From Thermoplasmatota archaeon (GTDB lineage Archaea; Thermoplasmatota; Penumbrarchaeia; Penumbrarchaeales; Penumbrarchaeaceae), in contig CBDDUX010000008.1 of the NCBI GenBank assembly GCA_965234725.1, forward strand, positions 37,734 through 101,733: 64,000 nucleotides of DNA, read 5' to 3'. The notes beneath the pieces are model-generated. The model was not told the origin of the DNA, did not search any database, and was given only the letters and a program-made list of their open reading frames with translations. The position numbers and the translations under genes are program-made. Positions 40,371-51,400 of this stretch are shown one piece after another; position 1 is the stretch's first letter, and every line of letters begins with the position of its first letter.

Positions 40371-41444
40371 ATGCAGTCATTCGACTTAGAGGGTACTCTT
40401 AACGGGTACGACAAGGACAACCTCACTATCGTAACGGTCTGCTCCCATTCAAGTCTCCAGATATTCCATGGTGCCAAGGTGGAGGGTTTCAAGACACTTG
40501 GCATATCAGTTGGAAGGCCTCCAAAGCTCTATGATGCCTTCCCTCTGGCAAAACCGGATGAATTCCTGATCCTGGACGATTACAGTCAGGTGAAGGACAA
40601 TGTCGATCTTATCATTGAAAAGAACGGCATCATAGTTCCTCATGGATCATTCGTAGAGTACCTTGGAGCTGATAATTTCAAAAACCTTCCAGTCCCCACC
40701 TTCGGGAACCGCAAGGTCCTGGAATGGGAATCGGATCGTAACATGGAGAGGACCTGGCTTGAATCTGCTGGCATAAACATGCCCAATGAGGTCAAGGATC
40801 CAAAGAAGATAGGCAAACCTGTGATGGTGAAATATCAGGGAGCCAAGGGAGGCCGAGGTTTCTTCATTGCCAAGGATTACAACCAGTTCAAGCTGGGTAT
40901 AGACCACGCGCAGAAGTTCAACATACAGGAGTACATTCTTGGAACCAGGTACTATCTGCATTTCTTCCATTCCCCGCTCAGGGAGAACGGATACAGGGTA
41001 GATGGTGGAAAGGGGATCGTTGAACTTCTTTCAATGGACAGAAGGGACGAGACCAACATCGATGAGATGTACAAGCTGGGTTCCCAGGAGGAGTTAAAGG
41101 AGCATGGTATCTACCCAACCTTCGTGGTCACAGGGAACCTTCCTCTTGTTATACGTGAGTCCCTCCTTCCCAAGGCATTCAAGATGGCAGAGGACGTTGT
41201 TAGGAGATCATATGAGATCTTTGGAGGTATGATCGGCCCCTTCTGTCTCGAGACCGTGGTAACAGATAAGCTCGAGTTCGTTGTGTTCGAGATATCTGCC
41301 AGGATAGTTGCGGGGACCAACCCGTTCATCACAGGATCCCCATATTCTGATTTCATAGAACCGGGTCTTTCCACGGGAAAAAGGATTGCCCAGGAACTCA
41401 GGCTGGCAGCGGAAACGGACCGATTGGACCAGATCATTACATGA
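40371..41444 (+). CDS. purP: PurP-family FAICAR synthetase (ATP-grasp)
   Basis: SHSSLQI, VPHGSFVEY, GAKGGRGFF, LVIRESLL, FEISARIVAGTN; the track start at 40233 overlaps the upstream gene and is unlikely. Confidence 0.9.
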   Translation: MQSFDLEGTLNGYDKDNLTIVTVCSHSSLQIFHGAKVEGFKTLGISVGRPPKLYDAFPLAKPDEFLILDDYSQVKDNVDLIIEKNGIIVPHGSFVEYLGADNFKNLPVPTFGNRKVLEWESDRNMERTWLESAGINMPNEVKDPKKIGKPVMVKYQGAKGGRGFFIAKDYNQFKLGIDHAQKFNIQEYILGTRYYLHFFHSPLRENGYRVDGGKGIVELLSMDRRDETNIDEMYKLGSQEELKEHGIYPTFVVTGNLPLVIRESLLPKAFKMAEDVVRRSYEIFGGMIGPFCLETVVTDKLEFVVFEISARIVAGTNPFITGSPYSDFIEPGLSTGKRIAQELRLAAETDRLDQIIT

Positions 41445-41480
41445 GAAGGTTCTTTAAACCGTTACCTGTTTCAGCGGTCG

Positions 41481-41984
41481 ATGCGTCGTCTGTTCATCTT
41501 CGATTATGACGATACACTTGCCAATTTCCCACTTTACAACAGTCTGGTATTCAAGATGCCCGTTCGGGTCCTTCCGCCTATTGGCGGATTGATCAAAGGT
41601 GCGAATGATGTTCTGAAGTTCATTTCGGGGAAAGGTGACCGGCTCCACATATTGACCATGAACCTTTTGATGGACCATGATTCCAAGTGGAGGAAGATGG
41701 ACCATGTTGGGATCACCAAATGGTTCGATGATGGTAATGTCGACATGGTGAGGAGAAAGACCCCGGAGATCCTGCTTTCAATATGCAGGGGTCTCCCGAA
41801 GAAGAGGTGTTTCATGGTGGGGAATTCCTACAAGCATGATATCGAACCTGCTCTGGAAGCAGGTATCAATCCGGTCTATATTCCCAGACCAAAGTACAAG
41901 AGACTGATCCCGATGAAGGTCCATGAAGATGTTATCTTACTTGATGATATCAGACAGATAATGGATATCTATGATGATCTTTGA
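41481..41984 (+). CDS. HAD-superfamily hydrolase
   Basis: FDYDDTL motif I and MVGNSYKHDI motif IV. Confidence 0.85.
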   Translation: MRRLFIFDYDDTLANFPLYNSLVFKMPVRVLPPIGGLIKGANDVLKFISGKGDRLHILTMNLLMDHDSKWRKMDHVGITKWFDDGNVDMVRRKTPEILLSICRGLPKKRCFMVGNSYKHDIEPALEAGINPVYIPRPKYKRLIPMKVHEDVILLDDIRQIMDIYDDL

Positions 41985-42342
41985 ACCTGGTACTCTGGAA
42001 AATTGGATTTTATCCGATAGGATAATTTCAGAACCAATGAGGATGAGGACCTTTTAAATGTGAATGATCTAATTTAATCCGAAGTGCATTCCGTTTCCTT
42101 AATTTATTTGATATCAAGGTCTGGTGGACCAGATATTTCCGGTTTGAGTTTATTGCCCAATATGACGCAAATGAAACCCGCATAATATTGGAAGATGGGA
42201 TGATCAGATCTGCGTGGCTTGGGATGAAATGAAACCGGATCTGCGGAACGTCCATGGTAAAACCCACAATAGATACTGTAAAGGACCTCTTGACAATCCT
42301 TAAATATAGAATTCCACCATCTCCGGCCCCTCCGGTGCTCAG

Positions 42343-44364
42343 ATGAGATTGATCATATGCGAGAAGGATAATGCGGCAAAGCGAATTTCAGATATCCTCT
42401 CAAACGGCCACTACAAGGTCGAAAAAAGGGGGAGGGTATCTGTCTACAGGTTCGCCTGGAACAAGGAGAACACTCTGACCATCGGGCTCAGGGGACATAT
42501 CCTGAACATGGATTTTCCCAAGAAGTACAATAGCTGGTCAGCTGTCCCACCCAAGGACCTGATCAAAGTTGAACCGGTAAGGATGGTGTCGGCCAGATCG
42601 ATAGCAGGGGTTTTGAAGGGTGTTGCCAAGGAAGCTGACTCCTTCTATGTTGCGACCGACTATGACAGGGAAGGAGAGCTGATAGGCAAGGAAGCGGTAG
42701 AATATGCCATAGGTTCCAATTCTTACGAGAAGGTCTGGAGGACCCATTTCTCCTCGCTTACCACAGAAGAGGTTCGGACCTCTTTTCTCTCTCCCGTTAG
42801 AATGGATATGCCCCTCGCCTCGGCTGCTGAAACGAGGCAGATATTGGATCTTGTCTGGGGTGCGACCCTTACAAGGTTCATATCACTTGCAGCTGACAGA
42901 TTGGGACATGAATTCCTTTCTGTTGGGAGAGTCCAGAGTCCGACACTAGCCCTTATTGTCAACAAGGAGAAGGAGATCAAAGCCTTCAAACCGGTCCCAT
43001 TCTGGAGGATCGAGGCCTTGCTGGAGAGCGATATCGAGGCCTCCCATTCCGAGGGGGATATCTTCGACAAGAAGGAGGCCGACCTCATCTTCGGGAAGGT
43101 GAAAGATGAGAAGAATGCCAAAGTGGCAGAACTCAAGGAAAGGGAGAGAAATGACAAGCCTCCCATCCCTTTCAACACCACCCAGTTCATCAAAGCGGCC
43201 AACGTCATGGGAATGCAGGCAGCCAGGATCATGTCCATCGCAGAGGAGCTTTACACCAACGGATACATCTCCTATCCGAGGACAGACAACACGGTATATC
43301 CCAAGGGATTGGACCTTCGCAAGACCGTCGAGGAACTGGGAAAAGGTCCATACAAGGAGGCTTCAGATCATATACTGAGGAAGGAAAAGATAATACCGAC
43401 CAGGGGTACCAAAGAGACAACGGACCATCCTCCAATATATCCAACTTCATTCACAACCAAAGCAGAACTGGGTCCCGAGAAGTTCAAGGTATACGACCTT
43501 GTTGTCAGAAGGTTCCTGGCAACCCTCCATGATCCTTCGATCGTGAAGGTCACATCAATAAAGTTCGATATTAACTCCGAGATCTTCAACTCGTCAGGTG
43601 TCAGGATGATCTCGCCTGGCTGGAGATCCATCTATACTTTTTCCAAGGTCAAGGAGACCGTGCTCCCCGTATTGAAGGAGGGTGACATCCTTGATGTGAA
43701 GAAGATAGAACTCATAGATAAGGAAACGAAACCTCCCTACAGGTACAGTCAGGGAGGTCTCATCCAGGAAATGGAAAGGCTCGGACTTGGTACGAAATCC
43801 ACAAGGCACGAGATAATCCAGAAGCTCTACTCCAGAAGATATATCGAGGATTCCCCTCCAAAACCAACTCTTTCCGGTTCCGCTCTGATAGAAGCACTTG
43901 AGAGACATGCCATGACCATTACCGAACCGAATATGACCTCACGTTTGGAAGAGGACATGGAGAAGATATCTCAAGATACCCTCACACAGGAAGCTGTGAT
44001 CGAGGAGTCCAGGGAAATGCTCACCCTGATACTGGATGAGATGGAGAAACACAAAGACGTTATCGGGAGGGAGATATCAGAGGCCCTTTCAGTTCAGGAT
44101 AAGGTCGGTAAATGCCCCAGGTGCGGAAACGAGCTGATGCTTGTGAGGTCCATGAGGGGAAAGAGGTATGTGAGATGCTCCATGCACCCCAGATGCTCCA
44201 AGAGCTATCCCCTTCCGCAGAAGGGAAAGATCGGATATCTGGATGAAGCTTGCGAGATCTGCAGGTCCCCCATGATGATGATGTACCGCAAGGGAGGTCC
44301 TCCTTTCACAACCTGTATGAACCCGAACTGTCCCTCGAAGAAGAGGGAGGGTAATGATGGATAG
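42343..44364 (+). CDS. topA: Type IA DNA topoisomerase
   Basis: TOPRIM CEK..., ATDYDREGE, SVGRVQSPTL, catalytic ISYPRTD, C-terminal Zn ribbons. Confidence 0.96.
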   Translation: MRLIICEKDNAAKRISDILSNGHYKVEKRGRVSVYRFAWNKENTLTIGLRGHILNMDFPKKYNSWSAVPPKDLIKVEPVRMVSARSIAGVLKGVAKEADSFYVATDYDREGELIGKEAVEYAIGSNSYEKVWRTHFSSLTTEEVRTSFLSPVRMDMPLASAAETRQILDLVWGATLTRFISLAADRLGHEFLSVGRVQSPTLALIVNKEKEIKAFKPVPFWRIEALLESDIEASHSEGDIFDKKEADLIFGKVKDEKNAKVAELKERERNDKPPIPFNTTQFIKAANVMGMQAARIMSIAEELYTNGYISYPRTDNTVYPKGLDLRKTVEELGKGPYKEASDHILRKEKIIPTRGTKETTDHPPIYPTSFTTKAELGPEKFKVYDLVVRRFLATLHDPSIVKVTSIKFDINSEIFNSSGVRMISPGWRSIYTFSKVKETVLPVLKEGDILDVKKIELIDKETKPPYRYSQGGLIQEMERLGLGTKSTRHEIIQKLYSRRYIEDSPPKPTLSGSALIEALERHAMTITEPNMTSRLEEDMEKISQDTLTQEAVIEESREMLTLILDEMEKHKDVIGREISEALSVQDKVGKCPRCGNELMLVRSMRGKRYVRCSMHPRCSKSYPLPQKGKIGYLDEACEICRSPMMMMYRKGGPPFTTCMNPNCPSKKREGNDG

Positions 44365-45226
44365 GATAGATATTTCCACAGGGATTCTGAAAGACCATGA
44401 AAGGGAAAGGTTCATTGGTCTGGAGCCTCCATTGATTATGGGTATTCTGAACGTCACTCCCGATTCCTTCTCAGACGGAGGGATGCATTTCGATCTGGAA
44501 GATGCAATTCACCATGCTCTTGTAATGGTCGAGGATGGAGCTGATATCATCGATATCGGTGGTGAATCTACCAGACCCTTTGCTGAAACAGTTACAAGAG
44601 AAGAGGAGATCGAAAGGACCATACCTGTCATCGAGGCACTTGTTGATAGGATCGATGTGCCGATCTCAATCGATACCAGCCATGTAGAGGTCGCAAGATC
44701 GGCCCTCGATGCCGGAGCCGTCATTGTCAATGATGTTAACAGCCTGCGTGAAGATGGAATGGAAGAAATCGTTATCGAGAGGGGAGTCAATGCGATCCTG
44801 ATGCATATGAAAGGGACCCCGAAGAACATGCAGGTGGACCCGACATACGATGATGTTGTTGAGGAGGTCCTAAACTTTCTCTGTGAAAGGGTAGATTCTT
44901 TCGTGGGTAAGGGAGGAAATAAGAACAGATTGATGGTGGACCCAGGGATTGGATTCGGTAAGAGGTTGGAGGACAATCTCATTATATTAAGGGACCTTGA
45001 TAGGTTTTGCGATATTGGCTGTCCTGTTGTTATTGGTGCCTCGAGGAAATCCTTTATCGGTAAGGTCCTGGACCTTGATGTATCCGAAAGATTGGAAGGG
45101 TCCCTCGGAGCAGCGGTTGTAGCTTACATGAACGGAGCATCGGTCCTTAGGGTACATGATGTCAAAGAGACCCGGAGGATCCTCGATCTTGTAAAGGCCA
45201 TATTGAAAGCGGGGGATATTTCTTAA
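44354..45226 (+). CDS. folP: Dihydropteroate synthase
   Basis: MGILNVTPDSFSDGG, DIGGESTRP, DPGIGFGK, SRKSFIG, RVHDV. Confidence 0.96.
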   Translation: MMDRIDISTGILKDHERERFIGLEPPLIMGILNVTPDSFSDGGMHFDLEDAIHHALVMVEDGADIIDIGGESTRPFAETVTREEEIERTIPVIEALVDRIDVPISIDTSHVEVARSALDAGAVIVNDVNSLREDGMEEIVIERGVNAILMHMKGTPKNMQVDPTYDDVVEEVLNFLCERVDSFVGKGGNKNRLMVDPGIGFGKRLEDNLIILRDLDRFCDIGCPVVIGASRKSFIGKVLDLDVSERLEGSLGAAVVAYMNGASVLRVHDVKETRRILDLVKAILKAGDIS

Positions 45227-45274
45227 CATTTGGAATGTGGATCGAGATTGATTCACTCTCTGTTAGTGTGGTGA

Positions 45275-45928
45275 TCATTTCACATTGTAATCATCTGTTC
45301 GGTCGAGACCAGGGTCCTTCCATCTTTCGGTATAGTAATCCAAGGATCTGTTCTTACCGTACTCTGCTTCCATTTCCAGCTTTCCTCTCCTTCTGGTGAT
45401 ATTAACCATATACAGAATATATGTAATTGAGATAATTGGTATTACCAGACAGGATGTACAGCATGAGAGCCCTGAAAATTCCGCAATATATCTGGCTGAG
45501 ATGTGTATCTTCAATCCATCATTATTGACAGCTTTCAAATGGTAGGTCCCTTTCTCAGGCATGTCAAACTTGTCCCAGACAAAAGACTTTGAACTTTGGA
45601 TCTCCTTCTCATATAGGGTGAAAGAGAGGGAAACCGTTGTTGAAACAGTATCCCCCTGATCATATTCGCCACTATCCGGTGAATAGTATAAATGGGTGCA
45701 GTATGCACGAACATACAGTGTTCCCGGTCCCTTGTTCGAAATGACGAGTTCAGCCCTCCCATTTGAATTGTATTCAACGTCGGAGGTGCCCCATGTCTCA
45801 TAGCTTATGGCTGGATAGAACACTGTGATTAGGAATATGATCACCATGGAGATAATGAATATGAAGTGAACTGTGATCAACGTCGATTCCCGCCAATGAA
45901 GCGGTCCTCCTTCTTCGATATCATCCAT
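45275..45928 (-). CDS. Membrane protein with a small extracellular beta domain between two TM helices
   Basis: Two hydrophobic helices flanking a beta-rich segment; GGAGG SD. Confidence 0.7.
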   Translation of the reverse strand: MDDIEEGGPLHWRESTLITVHFIFIISMVIIFLITVFYPAISYETWGTSDVEYNSNGRAELVISNKGPGTLYVRAYCTHLYYSPDSGEYDQGDTVSTTVSLSFTLYEKEIQSSKSFVWDKFDMPEKGTYHLKAVNNDGLKIHISARYIAEFSGLSCCTSCLVIPIISITYILYMVNITRRRGKLEMEAEYGKNRSLDYYTERWKDPGLDRTDDYNVK

Positions 45929-46090
45929 AAATGGATCCTCCGTTTTATGAGGATCTTTTTTCCATACCTCTTCTGATGAAGATATGGAAACGAATGATAT
46001 TTCATAGTATCTAACGGATCCAAAGCGGCCAAAGATTTAAATCAACCATTGGCAATGATTAGGAAGTATCCTTTGAAGAGGGGTGTAACT

Positions 46091-46948
46091 ATGAACTTTC
46101 GAGATTCATGGACAATGTCAAAGGCCTGTTTCAGGGTCCTTTGGGAAGAGAAGATACTGGTGGTCTTTCCCCTGATATCGATGATGGCTACCGGATTGAT
46201 CCTGATGGTACTATTCGGAGGGCTTCTGATCGTATCTTTGGCCACAGACCTTATGGGAGGATCGGGTTTTGTTGTTTTCCTCGTTTTCAGTTTCTTCTAT
46301 TTCTTTCTTCTATACATTGTGGCGATATTCTCGAATGTGGCGATCGTGGGATGTGCCCGGATAAAACTTGAAGGTGGGAAACCGACGTTCAAGGATGGGT
46401 GGAAGGCTGCCTCCGACAGACTGGGAGCGATAATCACTTGGGCCCTTCTGGCAGCGACAATTGGAGTATTGCTCCAGATCATCAGGAGCGCCGGAAAGAT
46501 CGGCGAGATCGCGGCAAATCTCCTAGGACTTGCTTGGAACATCCTCACATACTTCGTGGTCCCGGTCATAGCTTACGAGAATGTGGGGCCATTCAAAGCG
46601 ATAGGGAGGTCCAAGGATATACTTAGGAGGACTTGGGGAGAAGCCCTTGTGTCCAATATCAGCGTGGGTCTGATATTCTTCCTTGTGTCCTTGCCTATAT
46701 TACTCCTTCTTGGATTCCTTTTCATTGCAACAGTAAGTACCGGAATGTTGGTCCCGGCATTGCTTATCTTAGGTATTTTTGTATTGTTCATAATTATCCT
46801 GTGGGCTGTCCACACAGCCCTAAAGGCGATATTGATGACAGCCCTGTACCGATATGCGACAACCGGAGTGGCCGGATTGGGAATACCTGACGATACTGTA
46901 AGAGTAATGTTCACACAGAAGAAGAAGGGGATCAGAAGACTCTTCTGA
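46091..46948 (+). CDS. Multi-pass membrane protein (DUF6159-like)
   Basis: SW.MSK.CFRVLWEEKILVVFP start, several TM helices, RS..ILRRTWGE and ALYRYA motifs; ATG behind GGGGTG. Confidence 0.75.
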   Translation: MNFRDSWTMSKACFRVLWEEKILVVFPLISMMATGLILMVLFGGLLIVSLATDLMGGSGFVVFLVFSFFYFFLLYIVAIFSNVAIVGCARIKLEGGKPTFKDGWKAASDRLGAIITWALLAATIGVLLQIIRSAGKIGEIAANLLGLAWNILTYFVVPVIAYENVGPFKAIGRSKDILRRTWGEALVSNISVGLIFFLVSLPILLLLGFLFIATVSTGMLVPALLILGIFVLFIIILWAVHTALKAILMTALYRYATTGVAGLGIPDDTVRVMFTQKKKGIRRLF

Positions 46949-47026
46949 AAACGGATGGCCTTGTAAAGGATAGAGTACAAAGGTTTAATCATTCCAACCG
47001 TCTTCCCCTTATCGGGGTATTTTGAG

Positions 47027-48436
47027 ATGACCGGTCTTTTCGGTGCGATCAGTGAGCAGGATGCAAATGCAATTATTTTTTACGGGACAGATTATCACAG
47101 CCATTTGGGTACCAAGTACGGGGGTATAGCCTACATTGACGACAGGGGAGAACCGGTGAAGAAGATACATGATATCAGCAATTCACAGTTCAAATCCAAA
47201 TTTTTCGATGAGATTTCTGATATTAAAAGTAAATTATCCATCGGGGTTATCTCTGACAAAGACCCACAGCCTCTAACCTTTGTATCCAAATTCGGACCAT
47301 TTGCCATTTGCATGAACGGTCTGATCGTCAACAAGGAGGAGATAAAGGACAGGATGATAGCGGATGGGACCTGTTTCGCAGAGGTTTATCATGGTGAGAT
47401 CAACCAGGCTGACCTGATCGCTAACCTGATCAATCAGGGAGATACCTTGGAAGAGGGAATATCTTCCATGTGGAATTCCATCGATGGTTCAGCTTCCATT
47501 CTGATCCTTACACCCAATGGGATCTATGCTGCGAGAGACAAGAAGGGGATCAGTCCGTTGGTCGTGGGTATGAAGGAAAAGGAACTGGTGGTAGCAAGTG
47601 AGAGCACTTCCTTCATCAATCTTGGGTTTGAGTTACACAAATTTTTGGAACCCGGTGAGATAATGGTACTTAGCAGTTCAGGTGCAAGAACGATCTACAA
47701 GGCTGAAGGAGGGGAAAGGAAGATCTGTTCTTTCTTGTGGATATATACCGGATTCCCCTGTTCAGAGTACGAAGGTATCAACACAGAGATGGTCAGGGAG
47801 AACTGTGGTAAGTTCCTTGCTATGAGAGATTCGGTGGAGGCCGACCTTGCTGCGGGTGTTCCGGATTCCGGAATCGCTCATGCCATAGGATATGCCATGG
47901 AAGCGAAGATACCTTTTCGAAGGGTCCTGATGAAATATACACCTGGATATGGAAGAAGCTATACACCTCTCACACAAGAGGAGAGAGATCGTGTGGCCCA
48001 GATGAAATTGATCGCCAATAAGAGGACAATTGCGGGAAACAGGATCATACTCTGTGAGGATTCAATTGTTCGTGGGACCCAGTTGAAGAACTTCACAGTG
48101 ACAAAGCTCAGGGAAGCCGGTGCCAAGGAGGTCCATGTAAGACCTGCATGCCCCCCTCTTATGTATCCATGCAGATACATGCTCTCTACCAGGTCAAAAG
48201 AGGAACTTGTTGCCAGGAGGGCCATAAGAGCTCTGGAGGGAAGGGAACTTGAAGATGATGAACTGGATAGGTACATGGATCCGGATAGCGAGGATTACAA
48301 TAGGATGATCGAGTGGATAAAGAAGGACTTAGGGCTTGACAGTCTAATGTATCAGAGGCTCTCGGACATGGTTGAAGCAATAGGACTTCCTAAAGAAGAT
48401 CTATGCCTATACTGCTGGAACGGCAGGGAGATCTGA
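47027..48436 (+). CDS. purF: Amidophosphoribosyltransferase-family protein lacking the N-terminal Cys
   Basis: GVPDSG, PRPP-binding EDSIVRGT, Fe-S cysteines (ICSF, YPCRY, CLYC); N-terminus MTGLFG. Confidence 0.88.
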   Translation: MTGLFGAISEQDANAIIFYGTDYHSHLGTKYGGIAYIDDRGEPVKKIHDISNSQFKSKFFDEISDIKSKLSIGVISDKDPQPLTFVSKFGPFAICMNGLIVNKEEIKDRMIADGTCFAEVYHGEINQADLIANLINQGDTLEEGISSMWNSIDGSASILILTPNGIYAARDKKGISPLVVGMKEKELVVASESTSFINLGFELHKFLEPGEIMVLSSSGARTIYKAEGGERKICSFLWIYTGFPCSEYEGINTEMVRENCGKFLAMRDSVEADLAAGVPDSGIAHAIGYAMEAKIPFRRVLMKYTPGYGRSYTPLTQEERDRVAQMKLIANKRTIAGNRIILCEDSIVRGTQLKNFTVTKLREAGAKEVHVRPACPPLMYPCRYMLSTRSKEELVARRAIRALEGRELEDDELDRYMDPDSEDYNRMIEWIKKDLGLDSLMYQRLSDMVEAIGLPKEDLCLYCWNGREI

Positions 48437-48437
48437 G

Positions 48438-51400
48438 TTAATATGTCTGGATTTCCGGACCATTATCCGAATCGGATTCTATATGCAACTCCCTTTTTTC
48501 TTTCTTGAACCTTAAGAACGCCAGAAGACCAACTACGGCAACCCCTGTTATTATGATAAGGGCAATGATCAAGATCAGTATTGGTGAGATTCCGGGATCA
48601 TCGCCTTTTTTCTGTTTCTCTTCCACCTTGATCTTTATTGGATCGATCTGTGGTCCCCGGTCCTTGAGATCGATGATTATCTGGAACTCAGACGCATTTT
48701 GAAGAATGAATTTTCCAAAAGATCCGTTCACCGAGGAGATGAGATCACCATCCTCAAGGAACAATATTCTCAGGTCAAGACTCGAATCATATCCTGAATA
48801 GGAAAACTCCACATGTATCTCATCTCCCACAAAATAGACCTCTTCTTCAGGGGAGATGGTCACATCCACTTCAAGGGTGGACAGATTGTATTCAACCAGG
48901 ATTATATGCTCCGAGTAGGAGAAGGCTCCACCAACAATGGATGTCTTGATCTTCAGGGAATAGATCCCATGATCACCATCTTTTGGAGTGAGGACCATCG
49001 TATTATTTTGAAGATGTATGAAACCCTCCCTTCCTGAGATAATCTCGAATTGAACGGTTCCGTTCCTTTCATAATCGGTTCCCAGTTCAAGATCGTAATC
49101 CCCTCTTTCAACCAGTGTAATTGTATTCGATAGGAGCAGATGAGGAGTGGAAGATGTTAAAATTTCTATGCTGATGCTGACCTCAAGGATCCCTCCTCTG
49201 CTATCTAGTAAATTGATCGTGAATTCCCAGCTTCCAAGATCATCATTCATGGGGTGCATGTTGATGATCAGATCATTTTCGTAAGATAGACCAAGCCAAT
49301 CAGGAAGGCCATAAGTGCTCTCTATTGTGATCATGTCCCCGTCAGGGTCACTGTAGTTCAGAATGTGTTCTTCCAGATCCCCTGCTTCAACCTGGAAATG
49401 AAGTTGATCCGGTCCCTCAGGCGGGAGGTTCCTGATCATGATGTTGAAAATGATGGTGATGTTGACAACAGATCCGTTGTTATCGGAAAGGAAGATCTTC
49501 ACAGATCCGTAACCAATATCTTGTTCATCAGGCATGATATGAAGGATCAGATCATCATCGATCCAGCAGTTCCCGTTAATACTTGATTCACACCATTGGG
49601 AAAGGAAGTCCTCCATATTTTCATCAGATACATGAAGCTGATAATGGAATTCCTCGTCAACGTATGCATTCTGGATCGGGACCGGTTCGATCACAGGTGG
49701 GATGTTGAAAGGCAATATCTCGATCTCAATGTAATGATCTGTATGGGACCCATTCCCATCTTCGAATTTCAATAAAACAGGATAAACACCAGTCTGCTCT
49801 TCATTTGCAATGAAGGATATTGAAAGATAATCCGCAATGATTAATGTAAAAGGCGTATCTGTCCAGTTGATCGAAACTTCCACACGATCCCTGTTGAAAT
49901 CAGTTGCATTGAAGGTGTAATACACCGTTTCATCAGGGTATGCTGTGATCTTATCAATATGTTCTATTAGGGGTGGATGGTTCTTATGCAATAGGTCCAG
50001 TATCGATCCCCATAGCGTTCTCTCCCCGAATGTGGATTTATCGTAGAAGGACCTAGCCGACAGCCATTCATTACCAGAGGAAGGACAGTATACGGCTATT
50101 CCCAATGTCTTATAGAAATACCCAGTATCATGTTTCTCGTATTCGATCACTCGTCTATTCGGATCCGAGTTCCAAAGGACCTTGCTGATGTTCGATGATA
50201 GGTCACGGATCGATGATAGGATCCCATCATCAGGTCCTTCCAGATAGGTCCAATATTCAAGGAAGGAACAATAATCGATCTGTATGTAACCCAATTCATT
50301 CGTGTAATGGTCTGTATTCGAGGGGGAAAATGAGTCTCTAAGATGGGGCAAGTAAAACCCTGGATCAGAATTCGATCCGTTCAAGATAGCCGTGTTCATT
50401 TTCCTTATCTGGTAAAGGAGGTCTGTTGTTGTCAGAAATGAATTATTGGATGAGGAAAATGTAAGTCTTTCATTTCCGTTCCAGTCCATGATATTCCATG
50501 GTGGGTCTGTTATTCCATCCCTGGAATAGAAATTTTCCACATCAATGAATTCCCTTGCCAATCTGCTCGGGGACCATGAAGGATCCTTATCCAGTTTTTC
50601 GAGGACCTTGTCATCCTGGTTTCCTGTCAGATGCATCAGGTTCTCTGATGCGACATAGTATCTAGAAAAGGATGAGAACTCAGTGCAGAACTCAAGATTT
50701 CCCATGAGGCAGGACTGAAGCATGACTATGTCCAGTTCCTTGGGTGGTTCTTCTTGTGAAAGGAGATCTGCCACAGTTCTTATCTCCTCGAGTTCCATTA
50801 GATCCTTCACAGTTGTTGTGGGGTCCTGGTCCGGCCTATGATCGTATCCGAATCCATGAATCCCATCACCGTGTGAATCGATATAGAGGCAGTAATTATC
50901 CGAGGTGAATGTGTCCATTCCCCATGAAATGAATTCGAATAGTGTGTGGGGATCTGCCATGTTTGCCTCCCATTCAAGTGAGCTGTGTGACTTTCCTGTA
51001 TTCTTGGGGTCCCAATCGGTCACATCATAGAGGTCAATTAGAGTGTTGTTGGTGCAATCCTCCTGAAGGATTATCGAGGGATCCCAACCCATTGAATCAT
51101 GGCCTACAAGGAACCTTCTCGTGCTTGTTCCGGCTATATCGGGTTTCTCCATATTGTTGGGAATGTCGTTCCAGAACATATCCTGGTGATTTCCGTTCAA
51201 TTGGTCCGTTCCATCGAATTGGACCACTAGGGTGATGCTGTCCGTATTTCCGACCCAGCTTAATCTCTCGATGAACTCCCACATCTCGGGTAGAAGTGTC
51301 CCTATCTTCTCTCCTTGGGGTACATCGTCTCCGCAACAGTAGACCAGGAAGGTCCATGCAATGTCATTTTCTGCCTCATCAAGACCCTGGTCGATCTCGA

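Noticed and set aside
41985-42342. ncRNA or small ORF (42028-42267) in the gap before topA
   Set aside because: No recognisable RNA motif, SD or protein-like sequence
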